Shown here: piece after piece, positions 58,520 through 64,000 of the stretch
Numbering within the stretch: position 1 is the first letter of the stretch
Layout of the letters: every line of letters starts with the position of its first letter
Virus record (IMG/VR): IMGVR_UViG_3300049846_000869
DNA length: 64,000 bases
Source: an uncultured virus (IMG/VR IMGVR_UViG_3300049846_000869)
Lineage: Duplodnaviria > Heunggongvirae > Uroviricota > Caudoviricetes
Reading direction: 5' to 3' (one strand)
The notes under the pieces: generated by a model
What the model saw: the letters and a program-made list of their open reading frames with translations, nothing else
What the model was told of the DNA's origin: nothing
The model's database searches: none
Made by a program: the position numbers and the translations under genes

Positions 58520-59185
58520 TTAGACATTCTCGGTCCAAGGGTCCGTGATGACAAGGTGTGGCCCTTGAGGTGTGCGCCTCCACATCAAATTGCCGGAATG
58601 AATGTCCCAACGAAGATTCGGATTCTGCTTCTTATAATTATTCAAGAAGTCAACAGCCTCTTGGAACCTGAAGTCCGCAATCTCAACACCTTTTTCGTCT
58701 GGGTACTTAAGAGCCGCCTCAACATTGTCTATCAAGTCATAGACGCCGGGAGTTTCAGGAACAAAATATCTTGTCTTAGAGAACATAAATGTAATCATCT
58801 GTTTAATGTCGGAAGATTCTAGGTCATACATCCCACGGAGTCTTTCCATTTTAATGACCATAGCCGTATCAGCATCTTTCTTGAACTCATTGACTCTGGT
58901 GAATACAGGGAAGTAAGGATTCGGTCTTTTGTGGGTACGCTGGAACTCGATGACAGCTTTAACGAAGGCAGGGTATCCGTCCTTGAAGGAACGCCCATTA
59001 TTATCGAGCTTGGTTTTCTTTATGACTTCAAAGGGGTTCTTGGAGGTTCTGACCGTGGCGAACAGCCCGGTTCCTAGTCTCTTAGGGTCATGGGCATCAG
59101 GGTCCATACCAGCCCTAATTCTATCAAGGGGCTTGGTGGCAGTATAAGTTTTATGTACGGGTTCTAAGATTTCAAGTATCTTCAT
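58520..59185 (-). CDS. T7 gp0.7-like protein kinase, paralog 5
   Basis: Start MKILEIL; LGTGLFATV, EVIK, MERL, DIHSGNLM and LVITDP motifs. Confidence 0.85.
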   Translation of the reverse strand: MKILEILEPVHKTYTATKPLDRIRAGMDPDAHDPKRLGTGLFATVRTSKNPFEVIKKTKLDNNGRSFKDGYPAFVKAVIEFQRTHKRPNPYFPVFTRVNEFKKDADTAMVIKMERLRGMYDLESSDIKQMITFMFSKTRYFVPETPGVYDLIDNVEAALKYPDEKGVEIADFRFQEAVDFLNNYKKQNPNLRWDIHSGNLMWRRTPQGPHLVITDPWTENV

Positions 59186-59210
59186 AGTGGACAGTTTCCT
59201 ATAGGAGTAT

Positions 59211-59828
59211 TTAGGAAAGGGGGTCGGTGATAACGAGGTGTGGACCTTGGGGAGTCCAACGGAACATGATATTCCCAAGCCCTATATCTGGAAAACTGCT
59301 ATTTTCTTTCTGGACCCTTTTTATTAATTCTATGGCTTCCTCTAACCTGAAGTCAACAATAATACTGGGGTCTATATCCCCATCAATAAGGCCACGCAAC
59401 TTGGTGAGTATTCCAACCTTAGCATCACTAACAGGCCCAGAGAACATACGGGTATACATCTCATAGGCATCCTCTTCAGAAAGCTGAGAAAGATGCTGTA
59501 GCCTTTCCATACGAATGTTCATCAATTCGTGACCGGGGTATTTCCCATTAGCATTCTTAGCAGATACAACACGAAAGAACTTAGGGAAGTAGGGATTCTC
59601 CCCCTTAGCTTTAGTATACTCAATGATGGCTCTGACATAAGCAGGATAACCGTCTTCAGAGAATTGATTAACATCTCTGGATATGGTTTTCTTAATGACT
59701 TCGAAAGGATTCTTAGAGTGGTGGACTGTACTGTAATACCCAGCATCATCATAGTTCTGGTCTCTAGACCTAACAACGCTCTTACGGTTATAGATGCCTT
59801 TCTTGGGTATAATGTCTCTAATGTTCAT
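59211..59828 (-). CDS. T7 gp0.7-like protein kinase, paralog 6
   Basis: AGYYSTV, EVIK, NPYFP, MERL, DIGLGNIM and LVITDP motifs. Confidence 0.78.
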   Translation of the reverse strand: MNIRDIIPKKGIYNRKSVVRSRDQNYDDAGYYSTVHHSKNPFEVIKKTISRDVNQFSEDGYPAYVRAIIEYTKAKGENPYFPKFFRVVSAKNANGKYPGHELMNIRMERLQHLSQLSEEDAYEMYTRMFSGPVSDAKVGILTKLRGLIDGDIDPSIIVDFRLEEAIELIKRVQKENSSFPDIGLGNIMFRWTPQGPHLVITDPLS

Positions 59829-60411
59829 AGTGATTACATTTCCTTCTTGGGTATTTATTAAACCCTTAAATACCCCTATAGAGGATATCCTTACGCGAGC
59901 GTTAGGATTAAGCTATTAGGAAACGGTGGGAAGATTTTAGGTGATAACAGGGTAACGCTCATCAGGATTAGGAGCGGTTACTAGATGGGTAGAAAGTCCT
60001 TAAATAGCCTATTTGACCTATCCCTTACGCTAGCGTTAGGGTTTATTAGGTGAACAGGAAAGAAAGGGTGTTTATAATTGTGATATCATGTTGATATCGT
60101 ACTGATATTATAGGGATATTGTTATAATATCGTATGGCGGGTTATAATAAACGATAGGAGAAGCATAAACGAGCAATCTAAGTATACCCTGCGTGTAAAA
60201 AGCTTTGCAACTTTTTGATAACATTGAAAAAAGTTGCGTCAATTAATGTTTTAGAAAGTTTTGTAAAGTTTTTTGTAATCTTTTTTAATCGTTATTAATG
60301 ATTAGAAAACCCTTTAAAAAGCTTTCTTATTTTTTCTGAGGCGTTATTAATAAAAATTCCATAAGCTTTTTTAAGGGTTTTTTTATTCTTGATTAACTTT
60401 CCTCATTAAAG

Positions 60412-60606
60412 TTGTCAACAGGTTATCCACAGGATATCCACATATCAACAGGCTGTCCACAGGATATCCACAGGGGTTGTTGATAAAGTGTGGATAACTT
60501 TTTTCATGGTAAAACAATCCTATAGGAAACCTCAATAAAACTTTCGGAAAAGTGCCGAAAGGCTTATAAAGATTTTCCTTTATCTCAGGTTTATGCCTGT
60601 GGATAA
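60412..60606. promoter_or_regulatory. DnaA-box cluster
   Basis: Perfect TTATCCACA at 60423 and reverse copies at 60489 and 60598; near-matches at 60412, 60434, 60442, 60453, 60464 and 60478. Confidence 0.8.
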
Positions 60607-60956
60607 CTTTTTTCCGAGTTGTTAAAGAGCGTCCAGAAAAGACTGGCAAAAAATCGAACAAGGCCGTATCCGGATAGTTGAGAACGATTCTCAACACCTA
60701 GAAGTCGGCCATCTACCATTATATCGCGTTTGGCTTTTCTAGTCCATTTATTATTTCCGAGAATGTTTTATTAATACAACATGGCTTCGGAAAGTGTTGG
60801 AATTCTACCACAGGTTCCGAGGTTGTCCATTTGTATATTCACCGGTTTATGAAATCTGAAAGATGTTACATAATACTGTTGACGGCTTATAATTTTTCTG
60901 GCAAAATGGGTGTGGAAGGTTGGTGGTAGGGCGTCGTTTTTTGTGGCACTCTCTGC

Positions 60957-60985
60957 TTGACATTGTTGGGATGTGAATGTAGTAT
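60957..60985 (+). promoter_or_regulatory. sigma70-type early promoter
   Basis: TTGACA-17-TAGTAT; a second weaker candidate lies near 60879. Confidence 0.6.
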
Positions 60986-60991
60986 GGTGAG

Positions 60992-61456
60992 ATGAGTGCA
61001 GCCCTGAAACAGTTCTATGACTTCCCCTACCATTCTTGGAATGACCAAGAAGATGCCGTTCGGGTCATCTCGGTGTACCGCGTCGAGAGTCCGGAGGGTG
61101 ACGGTCCTTTTCAGGATGAGGCGTTCAAGAATTCAGAGGACTACATGGATGCGGACTTCGCCTTCCATGCTAACCGGTTTCCCACCCCTTGGATGGATGA
61201 GAATATTGCCGGGAAGATTCGGCACAATGACTTCAACTATTACTGCGGATGTTCATCCATGCGACAGCTTGAAGACTGGTTCGCTCCTTTCTGGGAGATG
61301 CTCCATGCTTATAATTTCCGCGTGGTAGTCTATCAGGTTCCTGCCGAGCATGTCATCATCGGGAAGCATCAGGTGGTGTTTAAGAAGGAACATGCTACCG
61401 GTAAAAAGACTTTGACTTGGGCGGGTGCCTATGGTAATATCCGTCCTATAATTTAG
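60992..61456 (+). CDS. Conserved phage protein, possible ADP-ribosyltransferase-like fold
   Basis: VYRVE..GPF...S..QL..WF...QVVF. Confidence 0.55.
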   Translation: MSAALKQFYDFPYHSWNDQEDAVRVISVYRVESPEGDGPFQDEAFKNSEDYMDADFAFHANRFPTPWMDENIAGKIRHNDFNYYCGCSSMRQLEDWFAPFWEMLHAYNFRVVVYQVPAEHVIIGKHQVVFKKEHATGKKTLTWAGAYGNIRPII

Positions 61457-61465
61457 GAGTTGTCC

Positions 61466-61603
61466 GTGGAAAAGATGATTGATTGCCCCAACTGTTACGG
61501 TTCTGGAAAAGACACCTTCGTAGACCAAAATGGGGTCCATGAGGAAAATTGCGAATTGTGTGATGGTACCGGGGAGATTGAATCCTCTGGGGAAGATGAA
61601 TAA
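61466..61603 (+). CDS. DnaJ-type Zn-finger microprotein (not in the ORF track)
   Basis: SD AGGAG and GTG start; CPNCYGSG...CELCDGTG. Confidence 0.65.
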   Translation: MEKMIDCPNCYGSGKDTFVDQNGVHEENCELCDGTGEIESSGEDE

Positions 61604-61782
61604 TGGACCATTCTAAACAATGCGACCATTGCCATAAAGACTGCTTGGACTGTAATGGTACCGGTATGGTTACCCGTACTTTAAAGTCTGGCACTCCCGT
61701 TGAAGATATTTGCCAAACCTGCCACGGTGATGGTAGAGTCCCTAAGAGGTATGAGAACAATGAACAGCCCTATAGTCATTAA
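61603..61782 (+). CDS. DnaJ-type Zn-finger microprotein (not in the ORF track)
   Basis: TAATG coupling; CLDCNGTG...CQTCHGDG. Confidence 0.65.
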   Translation: MDHSKQCDHCHKDCLDCNGTGMVTRTLKSGTPVEDICQTCHGDGRVPKRYENNEQPYSH

Positions 61783-62098
61783 TTTCTGGGATGATTTCTA
61801 CGATGATGGTTGTGTTCCTGAAGGTGAGATTCAGGAAACCCATGCTTATGTGGAAAGCCCATATCAGATGCCTGACAGCATCAAATATACAATCCTTCAG
61901 GAACTTTCTCAACATATCAATAAGCAGCACTCGCATCTCATTGAAGGTGTTAATATCTGTCTTAGTGGTACTAGGAGATATGGTAATGAGTATACTTGGA
62001 GATTAGTGTTCGACAATATCACTCATAAACAACTCGAAGCCTTGGTGGAACAGCTTGAGAAGTCCATTACTTGGGCTAGAATCATTAGTGAATCATAA
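61760..62098 (+). CDS. Hypothetical protein
   Basis: Operon ORF; start approximate. Confidence 0.5.
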   Translation: MNSPIVINFWDDFYDDGCVPEGEIQETHAYVESPYQMPDSIKYTILQELSQHINKQHSHLIEGVNICLSGTRRYGNEYTWRLVFDNITHKQLEALVEQLEKSITWARIISES

Positions 62099-62100
62099 AC

Positions 62101-62295
62101 ATGAAAAGATGGCTTGTAATTGTAAACGACCAATACTATCCTTCTGCCGGTACTAGGGACTGGAGAGGCTGTTTCAAAACTCGTCCTGAAGCCGAAGCGT
62201 ATGCTGCGACTATCGAGAGAGATGGTAATAGCGTTGAAATCGTTGACTTGTTTCAATGGATTGACCCAGACAAAGACTTCTGGGATTGGAAATAA
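62101..62295 (+). CDS. Conserved small phage protein
   Basis: YYPS.G..DW.G.F...EIVDL pattern. Confidence 0.6.
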   Translation: MKRWLVIVNDQYYPSAGTRDWRGCFKTRPEAEAYAATIERDGNSVEIVDLFQWIDPDKDFWDWK

Positions 62296-62296
62296 A

Positions 62297-62485
62297 ATGG
62301 CTAAGAAGAAAGACTTTATTGATGCTCTCCAGCAATTGACCCTTGATGGTGAAATCTATGATTATGAAAGACGAATCATGGAGAATGTCATGTCTAACAT
62401 CCAGATGAACCTGATGTTCGCCAAGAAACACCTTGAGGCCGATTCTTACCAGCGCCTTCTTGAAATCATAGAGGATGTAAAATAA
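62297..62485 (+). CDS. Hypothetical protein
   Basis: Start reassigned to MAKKKD. Confidence 0.5.
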   Translation: MAKKKDFIDALQQLTLDGEIYDYERRIMENVMSNIQMNLMFAKKHLEADSYQRLLEIIEDVK

Positions 62486-62487
62486 CC

Positions 62488-62757
62488 ATGTGTACTGAAA
62501 AATGCTCCCACGGATACCCCAAGACCAAGCCTGAGACTGAACATTATGTTGTTCCTCCGGGATTCGTCAATGAGGGTCAACATCGTATCCACACCAGCAT
62601 TCGTTGGATGTGGTTTTGTATGGCGCTAGCCTTGGTGCAGTTGCCCGGAATGGCCGACCCGAATATCAGACCGTTTGCGGTCGGTATTCTAATCCTGAAC
62701 ATTGGTATGGCATTCCTGTACAGCCTTAGAATTGACGAAATCAACAAACCGGAGTAA
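62488..62757 (+). CDS. Small membrane protein
   Basis: Two TM helices. Confidence 0.5.
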   Translation: MCTEKCSHGYPKTKPETEHYVVPPGFVNEGQHRIHTSIRWMWFCMALALVQLPGMADPNIRPFAVGILILNIGMAFLYSLRIDEINKPE

Positions 62758-62760
62758 CTC

Positions 62761-63012
62761 ATGAAACAATATTTTACCAAACTTCCTCGCTCAATCAAGG
62801 CTGGTCTTGCCGGGATGGGCATTTCTGCTGCGATGATTATTTTCACTAGTGTAATCTTTATGATAGGTAATTGGGTTGAGGCCACCTTCGGGCGTGAGGC
62901 CATGCAGCTTACCATATTGTTTATCTTTTTCAGTACCATATGTTCCCTTCCGGCCTATTTTATTTGGTTCGCTGAAGAGAAGAAAGAAGGTGGAGAAACT
63001 AAAAATGGTTAA
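62761..63012 (+). CDS. Small membrane protein
   Basis: Two TM helices; SD GGAG. Confidence 0.55.
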   Translation: MKQYFTKLPRSIKAGLAGMGISAAMIIFTSVIFMIGNWVEATFGREAMQLTILFIFFSTICSLPAYFIWFAEEKKEGGETKNG

Positions 63013-63229
63013 GAGACTCGCACTATCGGTGTTATTTGGCATTGCTGCAACCGCTGCTATGCTTGGTGCCCTCTTAGGGCTTATCAAACTTTCACATATG
63101 GCCGTTGCTCTGTTAGGCGGAACCTATGCTTTAATCGGGTTCCTGTTGCTATGTGTAGCAGGGTTATTCACAGGATTCATGTATTACAATGTTTTCAATG
63201 AAAAGCCGAAAGGCGGGATGTACTGGTAA
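63005..63229 (+). CDS. Small membrane protein
   Basis: Two TM helices; start MVKRL. Confidence 0.5.
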   Translation: MVKRLALSVLFGIAATAAMLGALLGLIKLSHMAVALLGGTYALIGFLLLCVAGLFTGFMYYNVFNEKPKGGMYW

Positions 63230-63516
63230 TGAGCGACCTTAGACAAAAAATTCAAAGCCTTGCCCGCGCCTTTGATGCCGAGGACAATGCTGCTAGCGAC
63301 CTGTGGACATGGTTGCCTTCTTACGAGATTGCTAAGAAGAACCACGGAGATTACGCTTTCAATTTTCAACCTACCATAGAGAGTCTTATGGTAGAAGCCT
63401 CAATGGTGTTGGCTAACTATAAAAACGGTAAGCCTTTCGGCACCGGAACAGAATATTGGCCGGAAAATGAATGTCCGTGTGGTGAGTACGATTGCCAGAA
63501 AAAGGATGAGTCGTAA
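63229..63516 (+). CDS. Hypothetical protein
   Basis: TAATG coupling; C-terminal CPCG. Confidence 0.55.
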   Translation: MSDLRQKIQSLARAFDAEDNAASDLWTWLPSYEIAKKNHGDYAFNFQPTIESLMVEASMVLANYKNGKPFGTGTEYWPENECPCGEYDCQKKDES

Positions 63517-63698
63517 TGGAATTCGCTCTCAACACAGCGTTTGTTCTTTATGGATTGGTAGGTGCCACATTCGTTGGTCGAGGTGCGTATCTGGCCTTGA
63601 TTGAAGAACGCGATGACCCGATTTTAATTCTCGGGTACTGTATCTTTGGTGCGTTCATTGTGCTACACTCTCTCCAATACTTTGGAGCATTCAAATGA
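63516..63698 (+). CDS. Small membrane protein
   Basis: Two TM helices. Confidence 0.5.
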   Translation: MEFALNTAFVLYGLVGATFVGRGAYLALIEERDDPILILGYCIFGAFIVLHSLQYFGAFK

Positions 63699-63913
63699 AC
63701 TTCGAGATGCTGTTACGATTTGTTAAGAAGTCTGCTATCGAGGCTGTTAGGCTTACGGTACTGGTGTGGATTGGATACTTTCTCACAACCCTGCTAGGCT
63801 TCGAGATGCCCGAGCAGGTGTTCATCATTGTGTGCTTCCAATTGGCTATCTTCTTCTTTGCGTTCTTCTTCAATCGCTACATTGAGATTACGGTATTCAA
63901 TCGAGAAGTGTAA
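63695..63913 (+). CDS. Small membrane protein
   Basis: Two TM helices. Confidence 0.5.
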   Translation: MNFEMLLRFVKKSAIEAVRLTVLVWIGYFLTTLLGFEMPEQVFIIVCFQLAIFFFAFFFNRYIEITVFNREV

Positions 63914-64000
63914 TGAGTGCCAAGAGTTATCGAAAGATGGGTAAGGAACAATGGGGGAACTGGTTTCCCGCAGGTTCCAAGAAACGCGACGACCGTAAAG

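Larger units (their letters stand above)
59830..60990. other. Long non-coding strand-switch region, putative origin or genome-terminal control region
   Basis: No credible ORF; AT-rich tract, several inverted repeats, DnaA boxes and divergent flanking genes. Confidence 0.6.

Noticed and set aside
58518..59278. 31-aa N-terminal extensions of kinase paralogs 4 and 5 in the ORF track
   Set aside because: They overlap upstream paralogs; the internal MKINEIL and MKILEIL starts match the family and the promoter spacing.
60383..60697. 104-aa minus-strand ORF
   Set aside because: Reads through the DnaA-box repeats (YPVD repeats), has a non-ATG start and shows no protein features.
1..64000. Stop-codon reassignment, as in some large phages
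   Set aside because: Recognisable genes are full length in the standard code and end in TAA, TAG or TGA with tight coupling.

Overview
A 64-kb segment of a large, AT-rich, T4-like or jumbo tailed phage genome in the standard genetic code. The host is probably a Gram-negative proteobacterium, given the two-component spanins, sigma70 promoters, a tmRNA tag ending in ALAA and perfect DnaA boxes. Positions 1-37 kb carry probable virion proteins, spanins, a 1760-aa Thr/Pro-repeat beta-propeller protein, an NAD salvage pair (NadM-Nudix plus NadV), Hsp20, nucleotide enzymes, PhoH, an Acb1-like 2H phosphoesterase, NAD-dependent ligase, a circularly permuted two-piece tmRNA beside ClpP, primase, a MoxR/VWA pair, a tRNA nucleotidyltransferase and a macro domain. 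Positions 37-64 kb hold dense small accessory genes plus a non-coding strand-switch region with a DnaA-box cluster. The strongest candidate for an undescribed system is six paralogous, minimal T7-gp0.7-like kinases. They sit behind TAAATA late-type promoters and share an M(K/L/N)Ix(E/D)I(L/I) leader, which suggests a virion-packaged, injected kinase arsenal. Other highlights are the permuted tmRNA with an ORF starting in its intervening segment, a covarying SD-in-loop hairpin before both NAD genes, and an AlaRS-fragment-like protein. All product calls come from motif recognition by eye; no database searches were run.
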